From: Deltaproteobacteria bacterium
Lineage (GTDB): Bacteria; Myxococcota; Kuafuiibacteriia; Kuafuiibacteriales; Kuafuiibacteriaceae
Length of the DNA stretch: 64,000 bases
NCBI GenBank assembly: GCA_040218735.1
Contig: JAVJQW010000022.1
Location: forward strand, 32,001 to 96,000
Reading direction: 5' to 3'
Shown: piece by piece, positions 1 through 8,717 of the stretch
Layout of the letters: each line of letters opens with the position of its first letter
Numbering within the stretch: position 1 is the first letter of the stretch
Program-made: the position numbers and the translations under genes
Notes under the pieces: generated by a model
Database searches by the model: none
The model's input: the letters and a program-made list of their open reading frames with translations, nothing else
What the model was told of the DNA's origin: nothing

Positions 1-74
1 CGTCGACCCTGCCCTCCCCTACTGACCTCGCGCCTTGCGATCCCCTCCGGATCCAACCAACATCCCGCGCGCCG

Positions 75-1352
75 ATGCGCGTCCTGCACGTCCTCGACAT
101 CTCCGTGCCGACGCTCGCCGGGTACACGTCCCGGAGCCGCTACATCGTTCACAACCAAGCGGACCTGGGCATCGAGCCCGTCATCCTCACGTCCGCGCGG
201 CAGCCCAACCCGAAGGGCTGCTCGATGGAACAGATCGACGGCCTGAGCTACCACCGCACCCTCCCCCCGAAGCCCGGCCTCCTCGACCGCGCGCGCGACA
301 AACCCGGGCTGCGTGAGCTCCTCGAGATCCACCACCTGCGGCGGCGCATCGTGGAGGTCGCCCGGCGCGAAAAGCCCGACGTCATCCACGGCCACAGCTC
401 CATCCTCGTCGGCATCCCGGCGATGCTCGCGGCCCGGCAGCTCGGGCTCCCCGTCGTCTACGAGATTCGAGCGTTCTGGGAGGACGCCGCCGTCGACGCC
501 GGCGCCACGACGATCGGCTCGCCCCGCTACCGCGCCACGCAGCAGGCCGAGACCCAGCTCGCCCGCCAGGTCGACGCCCTCGTCGGCATCTGCGCGGGCA
601 TCCGAAACGAGCTCGTCGAGCAGCGCGGCATCGACCCGGACGACGTCATCGTCGTCCCCAACGGCGTCCAGGCCGAGAAGTTCACACCCCGCCCCCGGGA
701 CGCCGCCCTCGAGGCCAAGTACGGGCTGAAGGGCAAGACGGTCGTCGCCTACATCGGGACGTTCGCGAACTTCGAGGGCGTCACCTACCTGGTCAAAGCG
801 CTCATCCAGCTCATCCAGTCGGGGCGCGACGACCTGAGGGGCCTGATCGTCGGCAAGGGCCCGACGTACGAGACCTGCCGCCGCCTCGCGCAAGAGGCGG
901 GCCTCGAGGACAAGATCATCCACCCCGGGCGAGTCCCTCACTCGGAGGTGAAGCCCATGTACTCGGTGGTCGACATCCTCGCGTATCCCCGCGATCGCCA
1001 GCGCATCACCGAGCTCGTCACCCCGCTCAAGCCCCTCGAGGCCATGGCCATGAAGAAGGCCGTCATCGGGTCGGACGTCGGGGGCCTCACCGAGCTCATC
1101 GCCGACGGCGAGACCGGGCTGATCCACCGGGCGGAGGATACGGACCACCTCGCCGCCCAGATCCAGCGCCTCGCCGACGACCCGGAGCTACGGCGCCGCC
1201 TCGGCGACAACGGCCGGGCCTACGTGGAGCGCGAGCGCCAGTGGCCGAAGATCATCGCGGAGCACTTCGCCCTGTACGACCGGGCCAAGCAGAACTGGGC
1301 GAAGCGCTCCGGCGTCTACCGCGGCTTGTCGTTCGTGACACGTCGCCTCTGA
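75..1352 (+). CDS. GT4 glycosyltransferase, resembling the PEP-CTERM/exosortase A-associated type
   Basis: N-terminus MRVLHVLDISVPTLAGYTSRS; PVVYEIRAFWEDAAVD; C-terminal GT-B motif TPLKPLEAMAMKKAVIGSDVGGLTELI. Confidence 0.9.
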   Translation: MRVLHVLDISVPTLAGYTSRSRYIVHNQADLGIEPVILTSARQPNPKGCSMEQIDGLSYHRTLPPKPGLLDRARDKPGLRELLEIHHLRRRIVEVARREKPDVIHGHSSILVGIPAMLAARQLGLPVVYEIRAFWEDAAVDAGATTIGSPRYRATQQAETQLARQVDALVGICAGIRNELVEQRGIDPDDVIVVPNGVQAEKFTPRPRDAALEAKYGLKGKTVVAYIGTFANFEGVTYLVKALIQLIQSGRDDLRGLIVGKGPTYETCRRLAQEAGLEDKIIHPGRVPHSEVKPMYSVVDILAYPRDRQRITELVTPLKPLEAMAMKKAVIGSDVGGLTELIADGETGLIHRAEDTDHLAAQIQRLADDPELRRRLGDNGRAYVERERQWPKIIAEHFALYDRAKQNWAKRSGVYRGLSFVTRRL

Positions 1353-1383
1353 TCTCGATCCAAAGTCTGAGGTTTGGTACGAC

Positions 1384-2370
1384 GTGCCCCACGATATGGG
1401 TGCGCCGGGGGTCCAAGACGCCACCATCGACTGGCTACCGCTCGGAAGCGCGGCCGTCATCGACTGGAAACAACTGGGTGCGTCCGCGAGCGTTCGCGGC
1501 GCGATGGCGTTCGGCGCCCGCATCGGCGGCGAACCGCTCCTCTTGAGGACGTGGACGAACGAGACCACGACCTACTACGAGTTCCACTTCCTCGCGTACG
1601 AGGACATGAGCGGAACGATCGTCGTCTCGACGGAGCGCCCCGAGGACACCCGCATCCGCCTCACCGCGACGATCGACGTCGAAGGGCGTATCGGCTACTC
1701 CGACATCAGCGAGTTCACGCAGCACGCGCGCACCGGACTGTACGGTTCGATCGTGCGCACGGTCGACATCAGCAACGGCGACCTCAAAACGGATCACCTC
1801 GACAGCCCCACGTCGGCGGAGGCCGAGATCTTCGAGTACGCGCCCGAGAGCGCGCTGCTGACGAACTGCGGCCAGTGGATCGGCGGCCTGCTCGACGCCG
1901 TCCGCGCACAGCTCCTCGACGGCGAAGTCGCCGAAGACGCGGGCCCCGCCGAACCCGCGCGCCCGCCGCGCTCGGCGCCGCCGCCGCCCGCGAAGAAACG
2001 CAGCAGCAAACGCGAGACCGTCGAGGCGCCGCCGGAGCGACCTACGCCAGCCCCGCCGAAGGAGCGCGCCCCGCCGAAGCGGGCGTCGATCGGGAACCTC
2101 TTCGCGACGACGAACTCGGGCGACTCCTGGGAGGTCACCGAGCAGGAGACCTTCCTCGGCCGCAGCAAGCAGTGCTCGATCGTCCTGAAGTCGCAGCGGG
2201 TGTCGCGCAAACACGCTTCGATCACGAAGGAAGACGACGGCTTCTACATCAACGACCTGGGCGCCGCGAACGGCATCTGGGCCGGCACCGAGAAGATCGA
2301 CCGCGAGCGCATCGTGGATGGGTCCGAGTACATCATCGGCGACGTCCTCGTGAGCTTCTCGCTGAGCTGA
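1384..2370 (+). CDS. FHA domain protein (unknown N-terminal domain, Pro-rich linker, C-terminal FHA); start may be ATG 1396
   Basis: FHA motifs FLGRSKQC, VSRKHASI, DLGAANGIW, IIGDV; 6 bp gap to the next gene. Confidence 0.85.
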   Translation: MPHDMGAPGVQDATIDWLPLGSAAVIDWKQLGASASVRGAMAFGARIGGEPLLLRTWTNETTTYYEFHFLAYEDMSGTIVVSTERPEDTRIRLTATIDVEGRIGYSDISEFTQHARTGLYGSIVRTVDISNGDLKTDHLDSPTSAEAEIFEYAPESALLTNCGQWIGGLLDAVRAQLLDGEVAEDAGPAEPARPPRSAPPPPAKKRSSKRETVEAPPERPTPAPPKERAPPKRASIGNLFATTNSGDSWEVTEQETFLGRSKQCSIVLKSQRVSRKHASITKEDDGFYINDLGAANGIWAGTEKIDRERIVDGSEYIIGDVLVSFSLS

Positions 2371-2376
2371 GCCACC

Positions 2377-3423
2377 ATGCCGGACGTCGACGCGAGCAAC
2401 GGTCCCGAGACTCGCGTCGATGATCCCGGACTGAACAGTGCGGTCGACGCGCTCTCGCGTCGACTCGAATCCGCCGGAGCCTCCGAGACCTCGTTGAAGC
2501 GAATCGCGGAGGCGCGCGATGCGCTCGTCGAAGCGGAACCCACGCCTGAGCTGATCGAAGATCTGTCGGCGGTGCTCACGGGCACCGCCAGCGCGGAGGC
2601 CTTTGCGGAGAACCTCGACGAGATGATCGCTTCCGCCGAGCAGATCGCCGAGGCGCCGATCGACAACAACCTGGACGACCACGCCTACGCGCAGCTGATG
2701 GTGAAGAAGGACGACGCGCGCCTCGACGTCGCGGCCGCGACAGCTTCCCATCAGCTCATCGCCGCGGCGAAGGACGCCGCCCGCACCGTCGCGCGGGCCG
2801 ACGCGCTGACCGAAGCCCCGAAGTGGTCGTCCGATACGCTCGAGTCAGAGCGCGACGAAACCATCGCGAAGTTCCGCACACACACCAAGGACGCAACCGG
2901 GCGCACCAAGTACGAACGGCTGAGCCAAGCCGTCGACGAAGCGTCCGACTTCATGTCGAAGCACCGCGCCGAGAAGATCCTCAGCGACTACGTGTCGCGC
3001 GAGTCCGACATCTTCGAGACCTTCGTCGACACGATGAGCGCCGTCAGCGTCTCGGACGAGCGCTGGGAGAAGTTCGCGAAGGGGTACGCGGAACACAGGC
3101 ACGACGGCCTGTCGTCCGACGCGCGCCGCACGGAGCTACGCAACGCCGCCGAACGGGGAGCGGCGGACGTCTTCCTGCTCTTCGCACGCGACGTCGTCCA
3201 TCATTACGCCACGAGCGAGGCCGCCGCGGACGCGCAGCAGCGCCGCCGCTACGGGGCCTGGTCCGGCGAGCACCGCGTGTATCGCGTCGACACCCTGTAC
3301 CGCCACAGCCCCGCGTACACCCGCGAGGTCTTCGAGGACATCGGATCGATCTGGTCCTACTGGCGACCGGCCGCACGCTGGGGCGACCTCGTCTTTCGGA
3401 TTGCGAGAACGGAGATTCGATAG
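2377..3423 (+). CDS. Hypothetical helical protein, paralogue A of a three-member family in this locus
   Basis: 348 aa; 55-aa block at 2557-2721 aligns without gaps to the CDSs at 3424 and 6240; its TAG abuts the next ATG. Confidence 0.8.
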   Translation: MPDVDASNGPETRVDDPGLNSAVDALSRRLESAGASETSLKRIAEARDALVEAEPTPELIEDLSAVLTGTASAEAFAENLDEMIASAEQIAEAPIDNNLDDHAYAQLMVKKDDARLDVAAATASHQLIAAAKDAARTVARADALTEAPKWSSDTLESERDETIAKFRTHTKDATGRTKYERLSQAVDEASDFMSKHRAEKILSDYVSRESDIFETFVDTMSAVSVSDERWEKFAKGYAEHRHDGLSSDARRTELRNAAERGAADVFLLFARDVVHHYATSEAAADAQQRRRYGAWSGEHRVYRVDTLYRHSPAYTREVFEDIGSIWSYWRPAARWGDLVFRIARTEIR

Positions 3424-4359
3424 ATGCCGCGCCCCGAAGACGAGCAACGGGCGCAGCTCGAGCAGAACGCCAAACTCGACGCGCACCAGGACACCGCCCT
3501 CCAACGCAAGACCGAACAGGCGACCGACCACCTCGGTCAGGAGCTCCGCGACACCCTCGACCGCATGCAGAAGTCCGGCGACCTCGGCGCCGAACGACGC
3601 GAGCAGCTACAGCAGGTCTTCGATCAGAACCTCGATGCCGTGGAGCGCGCCGCCGACGCCCTGAAGGACACGTCCGACGAGATTCGGCGCGACGTCGTGT
3701 CGGCGCTTCGAGGCCACAACGATCCCGCGGAGACGATCGACCGACTCGAAGAACGCGCCGCGGAGGCGCAGCGAACCTTGGACACGCAGGTGGACCGCGA
3801 CGCGTCGTTCCAAGAGCAAGCTCAACAGGACACGAACCACGCGGACGCACGCGCGGACCTCGAGGACATCGCGCGAGCGAAGGACCTGATCGAGGGCCTC
3901 CAGGCGGCGCGCGAGACACTCCAGTCCATCCAGGACGTGGAGCAGAAGGCCCAGGCGGGGCGAGAGGCCGAGGCGGGGCGAGAAGCCCAGCTGAAGGGCG
4001 AACGGCTGGAGGCGCGCGCCGCGGAGGCGCTCCGACAAAGGGGATTCGAAGTACGCCAGTGGAACCAGAAGCTCCGCGACACGGAGATCGATCTCATGAT
4101 GACGACGCCCGAAGGGATGTTCGGCGTGCTCGTCGGCGGTAATGCGAAGGGCCTCCTCTTCGACAAGATGAACGAGGAGAGCGTGGCCAAGTCGCTCGAT
4201 CGATTCCAGCGCGCGGATGACGTGCTCTCGGACCCCGACGGCCCGTTCCGCGGCGAGGCGGCGGGCGCGAAGATGGCCTTCGAGGCCAGCACGACGGACC
4301 CCCGCGTCGTCGAGCGTTTCCGAGAAGAGATCGGCCGCGACCGCGTCCTGCTGTTCTAG
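3424..4359 (+). CDS. Helical paralogue B with C-terminal YraN/PD-(D/E)xK-like fold (degenerate)
   Basis: Shared helical block at 3688-3852; C-terminal GERLEARAAEALRQRGFEVRQWNQKLRDTEIDL resembles UPF0102/YraN but ExK is missing. Confidence 0.7.
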   Translation: MPRPEDEQRAQLEQNAKLDAHQDTALQRKTEQATDHLGQELRDTLDRMQKSGDLGAERREQLQQVFDQNLDAVERAADALKDTSDEIRRDVVSALRGHNDPAETIDRLEERAAEAQRTLDTQVDRDASFQEQAQQDTNHADARADLEDIARAKDLIEGLQAARETLQSIQDVEQKAQAGREAEAGREAQLKGERLEARAAEALRQRGFEVRQWNQKLRDTEIDLMMTTPEGMFGVLVGGNAKGLLFDKMNEESVAKSLDRFQRADDVLSDPDGPFRGEAAGAKMAFEASTTDPRVVERFREEIGRDRVLLF

Positions 4360-4381
4360 GGACGGAGGCCCAAGACGTGGC

Positions 4382-6259
4382 CTAGACGGCCTCTTCCACG
4401 GGTGTCGAACGTCGCCGGCACCGCGCGAGGAACGGGTCGACGTCCGGAGCGACGAAGGACCCCTCCAGGTTCTTCGACGCCGGCTCGAGGAGCGCCTGCT
4501 CGACGCTCGTCGGCGTCCAACGTGAGAGCCGCTTCCCCTTCTTGAACTCGGCGGCGGACGGCGTCACCGGGAGGGTGCCGCGCCGAAAGATGAGCCAAGC
4601 CATGAGGTGACGGCGCGGCAGCTCGACGGTGCGAATCGGGGCGAACACACGCTCGACCGCGGTGGCGGTCGGGCTGGTGTCGACCACGGGGAGCCCGAGG
4701 AACTTCGCCATCGCTTGTTTGGCGGCCTCGTTGTCATCCTGCATTCCGAAGCTGGCGAGGACGCCTTTGAAGAGATCCTTCTGCTCCTGAGCGTCGAGGT
4801 CGACGGCGCGTTGGTTCCCCTGGACGACCTCCTCCAGACACTGCGCCGGGAGCGGCCGGGCCGCAGGGTCGCCGAGCGCAGCCAACCGAGCGAGCAACGC
4901 TTCACCATCGGCGCGCGCCTGCTCCGCCTTGAGCTGGATGCGATCGCTCATGGACAGCGCGGTTCCGTCGCCCAGGATCGACGCGACGCCACCCATGCCC
5001 GTCGGACGCATGCGTAGCCAGTTCGTCACGGCGTAGGACAGCTTTCCAGCGGTTAGCTCGTAGTAGGCGACCAGGTCCGTCCGGATGACGTGTTCGAGAT
5101 CGACGCGCGCCGTGTCGACACGTCGCGTGAACGTCTTCAGCGCCTCGACAGTCTCGTCCGAGACGATGCCCAGCCGGATGATACGCAGGTACCCCTCGAT
5201 CGCAGCGATGAGATCAAGCGGGTCGACGACCCCCGCCATGTACTCCGCGACCTGCTGCGCCGCGATCTTGGCGGCGAGGATCGCGTCGTGGCGACTGAGG
5301 TTGACGAACCAACCCCACTCGAACGCGTCCGCCCCCGCAATGAACGGCAGCAGGCGTTTGTCCCCCGAAGGCGCCGGGAGCATGTCGAGCGCGCCGGGCG
5401 GGAACTTCGACTCCTTCGCCCAGCGACGGAACCCACGCTGAACCCAGTCCGCCGCCGTCTCGGCGCCCGGCGACTTCTCCATCCAGTCCACGAACAACTG
5501 GACGCCAGCCCGCAGATCGTCCGGCGGCGTCGCGGCGACGCCCTGGATGATGTCGAGCGTCTTGGTGAGCGCGACCTCGTCCACGTAGCTCTTGGGCGGC
5601 TCCATCAGAACCGGCGGCACCGGGAGACACGGTGAGTGATCGAGACACTGACTCCGAAGGTTTGCGAACGGAACCACGTAAGCCTTGCCGCCGCTGCGTT
5701 TTGCTCCGCAGGTGTGGAGGAAGCTCACGACCGGGAGCAGACCATCGCCGTAGAAGCTCTGCTCGATCTCGAGCCCCATCGCCGCCGCTTCCGAGTCCTC
5801 CTTGTCCTTGTTCTGCTGCCGCACGTGGTCGCGGAGCCCCTGGTTCATGTACCCCTTGATGCTCTCGTGACGGTCGCCGATTTTCATCTGCGGCGCGGTC
5901 ATGAAGATGCACGTATGGCACGCGCTCTCTTCGCGGCTGCGTGCGAGTTTGTGGTGCTCACATCGCCCCGCCTGATTCTTCAGCGCCGCCACCAGGACCT
6001 TGTTGCCGTGGTTGCAGTACGGCGCGAACCTCGGCTCGTGCGGCCACTCCAGCAACTCACCGCGCACGAGCTCGAACAGCAGCTCGACCTCGCTCTCGAG
6101 CGCTTCGGTCTCGGCCTTACGAACCTCGCGGAGCGAGTCCATGATGCCCTTGCGGGGCATGCTTTGGTCGGTGCGTTTCCAGGTGTCGACGAAGGACACC
6201 TGCGGTCGATAGTGAAGACAGGTCTCACAGTTCGGCCGTTCAGAATTCGATCTCTCCAT
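4382..6259 (-). CDS. Hypothetical 625-aa protein with two tandem N-terminal CxxC...C...Nx4C domains
   Basis: CETC..PYC..KNQAGRC and CHTC..HTC..ANLRSQC; start overlaps the end of the upstream gene. Confidence 0.8.
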   Translation of the reverse strand: MERSNSERPNCETCLHYRPQVSFVDTWKRTDQSMPRKGIMDSLREVRKAETEALESEVELLFELVRGELLEWPHEPRFAPYCNHGNKVLVAALKNQAGRCEHHKLARSREESACHTCIFMTAPQMKIGDRHESIKGYMNQGLRDHVRQQNKDKEDSEAAAMGLEIEQSFYGDGLLPVVSFLHTCGAKRSGGKAYVVPFANLRSQCLDHSPCLPVPPVLMEPPKSYVDEVALTKTLDIIQGVAATPPDDLRAGVQLFVDWMEKSPGAETAADWVQRGFRRWAKESKFPPGALDMLPAPSGDKRLLPFIAGADAFEWGWFVNLSRHDAILAAKIAAQQVAEYMAGVVDPLDLIAAIEGYLRIIRLGIVSDETVEALKTFTRRVDTARVDLEHVIRTDLVAYYELTAGKLSYAVTNWLRMRPTGMGGVASILGDGTALSMSDRIQLKAEQARADGEALLARLAALGDPAARPLPAQCLEEVVQGNQRAVDLDAQEQKDLFKGVLASFGMQDDNEAAKQAMAKFLGLPVVDTSPTATAVERVFAPIRTVELPRRHLMAWLIFRRGTLPVTPSAAEFKKGKRLSRWTPTSVEQALLEPASKNLEGSFVAPDVDPFLARCRRRSTPVEEAV

Positions 6260-6902
6260 TCGTCAACTCCTGACTGATGCGCAGCTTGCGTTCCTCTTCG
6301 TCACGTAACGTCTCGGCGTCCTCGATGATGCGCTGAAGCTGGCGCAAGGCCTGAGTCGCGGACTCGGCGTTCTGCAGATCCCGGCTGATCTGCTCCATCT
6401 CCTTCGCGACATCACGCACCTGCTGCGCCATCTGTGTCGCTTCGCGAGCGGTCTCGTAGGCTTCGAGCTGCTCCCGCGCATCTTCGCGATTGGTCATCTC
6501 CTGCGCGTACTCGGCGTCCGTGATCGTGTTGTCGATCGGTGCCTCCGCCTGCTCCCGGAGCGCATCTGTGCGCTCGTCGAGCTGCTCCTGGAACGCGTCG
6601 AGATCCTGATCGCCGCGGAGCGCCTCTTCGAAGTCCTGGGCGACGTCGCGATCGAGGTCGCGCAGATCGAGGTCGTCCATCTTCTTGTCGAGATCATCGA
6701 GCTGCTCGTTCATTCGACGTTCGAGATCGCCGACTTGGTCGGCGTCGGTGTCGGGTCGCTGCTTCAGCGTGTCCGTCAGGTCCCGGAGGCTGTTGCGCGC
6801 GACGTCCTGCTTGTCGTCGAGTCCCTGCCTCAGCTCCCGTTCTTGACGTTGTGAGAGCTGCGCGGACTCGTCCGCCTGCACCCGGTCGTCGAGCTTCGGC
6901 AT
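6240..6902 (-). CDS. Helical paralogue C (stand-alone, acidic, coiled-coil-like)
   Basis: ATG 6902 lies 8 nt after a GAGGAG RBS (alternative GTG 6911 overlaps the ATPase stop); shared block at 6474-6638. Confidence 0.8.
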   Translation of the reverse strand: MPKLDDRVQADESAQLSQRQERELRQGLDDKQDVARNSLRDLTDTLKQRPDTDADQVGDLERRMNEQLDDLDKKMDDLDLRDLDRDVAQDFEEALRGDQDLDAFQEQLDERTDALREQAEAPIDNTITDAEYAQEMTNREDAREQLEAYETAREATQMAQQVRDVAKEMEQISRDLQNAESATQALRQLQRIIEDAETLRDEEERKLRISQELTNGEIEF

Positions 6903-6907
6903 GGCGG

Positions 6908-8386
6908 TCACTCCTCGACTTTCACGAACTGGATCTTCGCGCGCCCCATGCCATCGGTGAGCCCCATGAACACGAGGTGCCCCAGCTCGAGCCCGGTGAT
7001 GAACAGGTCACTGCTCAACGTCGTCCACCGATCCATCTTGCGGTCGGCAGAGACACTCGCTCCGTCCTGCCCGTGCGAGGCGCTGCGCCCCGACATGACG
7101 ACGTCGCTCTCCCCCATCATCTTCGCGGCGAGCTCGGCGCTATCCGGGTCGCCGAGGCGAAACATCAACTTACCCGCCGAGTTGGTCAGGATGCTCTTCC
7201 AGGTCTCGCGCACCCCGGAGTTCTCCAGCATCGGGATGCCCTGGGTCGCGATGAACGAGAGCACTTTGAACTGCCTAGCCTGACTGAAGAAGTAGCTGTC
7301 GCCGAAGCCCTCGCCCGGGAGATCACTCGCGACCTCGGCGTACTCGTCGATGACGAGAAATACGCGGCGCTCGTTGTCCGGATAGAGCTGCTTGCGATTC
7401 AGGGCGGCGCTGGCGAACAGCACCTTCACGAGCGTCGAGAGGAAGCGGGACACGGCGAGCCGGCTCTTCGGCACATCCAGGATCAACCAGCGCGCGTCGC
7501 GTAACACGTGATCGCCGACCGTGTCGGCGACGGTGTCGTCCGACAGGAAGTCGAGGTCCGGATCGAGGAACGGCGCGAGGATCTGACGAATGAACGTCCG
7601 CACCGTATGAGCGTTGTCGCTCTTTGCGGTCTCGTAGTCGGTCAGGCTGGAGATGATCGCATCACGCCGACGTGCGTCCGCTTCGCTGAGTTTCGCGTTC
7701 CGAAGGCGGTCGAGCTGCGTCTTCAGCATCGTTCGCTCCTCCGTCTTCTTCTTTCGATCGCTCCAGGTCCTCGTCGAGGTGAGGAACAGCGTCGCGAGCC
7801 GCCGAAGGGTCATCGGGCGTTCGAGGAGCTTGATCACCGCCAACCCATCGCCGAACAGGCGCTTCATCTCGTTGATCCAGTAGGGATCACTCGCGGAGAT
7901 TCCGGACGACTGCGCCGCGAGCGCGATCGCCGTTCCGAGATCGGTGGGCTCGAGGTGGCTCGCCAGCAGGTTCATCGTCGTGCCGGCGCCCGGGCCGATG
8001 ACGAGGCGTCGTTCGGGAGGGATGCTCGCCTTCACGTCGTGGACGAGCGTCTGCTTCGGATCCAGCAACAGGCCGCCCCACGGCATCGACCACTGCGCAT
8101 CGTTCGCGAGCTGGTCGAGGAGCTTGCGAAGGAAGTACGACTTGCCCGTCCCGGGCGCACCGAGCACGAGGTAGAGCTGCTGGAGGCCCGCCTTCTCGAG
8201 CGCGACCTGTCCGCCCTCCCTCGCGTACACGTACTCGAAGGATCGCGGGGGCGGTACACGACCAGAAGACACCCGACGCCAACTCGGGAGGTGTCGACCG
8301 CGCGGCACGGCTTCGGCGTTGGCCTCCTCGGTCCGAAGTTGTTTGGCCAGGGTCATCGCCGACCCGAGTACGAGTCGCTCGGTCAT
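6908..8386 (-). CDS. VirD4/TraD/TraG-like coupling-protein ATPase (FtsK-HerA superfamily), no obvious TM segment
   Basis: Walker A LVLGAPGTGKS, GGLLLDPK, Walker B FLVIDEY, SQARQFKVLSFIATQ, ILTNSAGKLMFRLGDPDSAELAAKMMG; start placed at an ATGA overlap with the upstream stop. Confidence 0.85.
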   Translation of the reverse strand: MTERLVLGSAMTLAKQLRTEEANAEAVPRGRHLPSWRRVSSGRVPPPRSFEYVYAREGGQVALEKAGLQQLYLVLGAPGTGKSYFLRKLLDQLANDAQWSMPWGGLLLDPKQTLVHDVKASIPPERRLVIGPGAGTTMNLLASHLEPTDLGTAIALAAQSSGISASDPYWINEMKRLFGDGLAVIKLLERPMTLRRLATLFLTSTRTWSDRKKKTEERTMLKTQLDRLRNAKLSEADARRRDAIISSLTDYETAKSDNAHTVRTFIRQILAPFLDPDLDFLSDDTVADTVGDHVLRDARWLILDVPKSRLAVSRFLSTLVKVLFASAALNRKQLYPDNERRVFLVIDEYAEVASDLPGEGFGDSYFFSQARQFKVLSFIATQGIPMLENSGVRETWKSILTNSAGKLMFRLGDPDSAELAAKMMGESDVVMSGRSASHGQDGASVSADRKMDRWTTLSSDLFITGLELGHLVFMGLTDGMGRAKIQFVKVEE

Positions 8387-8706
8387 CGGCGGTCCGAGAA
8401 GTCTTCGCAGCTGCCGTGGGGGTTCTTGGCGCTGCAGAGCACGAACAGATCGTGTGTCGCGCCCGAGTTCGGATCCAAGATGTCGCGCTTCGAGTCGTGG
8501 GCGCAGTAGGGGAACGCGATCGGCTCGAAGTCGAAGGGCTCCCCCGAGAGCATCCGCTGCTCTTCGTAGGTCGCGCGGGTCGCGAGCTCCTGCTGCCACT
8601 TGGCGCGAAGCTCGAGGACCTTCTGGGAAACGAGGCGGATCCCTTCGAGCGGGTTGGCCGGCTCGCCGAAGCGAATGTGGTGGCAGTTGGCGCAGTGCCG
8701 ATCCAT
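8383..8706 (-). CDS. 107-aa stand-alone CxxC...C...Nx4C domain protein
   Basis: GGAGG RBS, MDRHCANCHH...FEPIAFPYC...KNPHGSC; homologous to the repeats in 4382-6259. Confidence 0.8.
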   Translation of the reverse strand: MDRHCANCHHIRFGEPANPLEGIRLVSQKVLELRAKWQQELATRATYEEQRMLSGEPFDFEPIAFPYCAHDSKRDILDPNSGATHDLFVLCSAKNPHGSCEDFSDRR

Positions 8707-8717
8707 GAGCCCTCCGA

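Noticed and set aside
4560-4660. Faint similarity between the C-termini of the 625-aa protein (ERVFAPI...WLIFRR) and paralogue A (REVFEDI...WGDLVFR)
   Set aside because: Too few identities to separate from chance without a profile comparison
6908-8386. Calling this locus a conjugative element
   Set aside because: No relaxase, VirB4, pilus genes, integrase or flanking repeats seen
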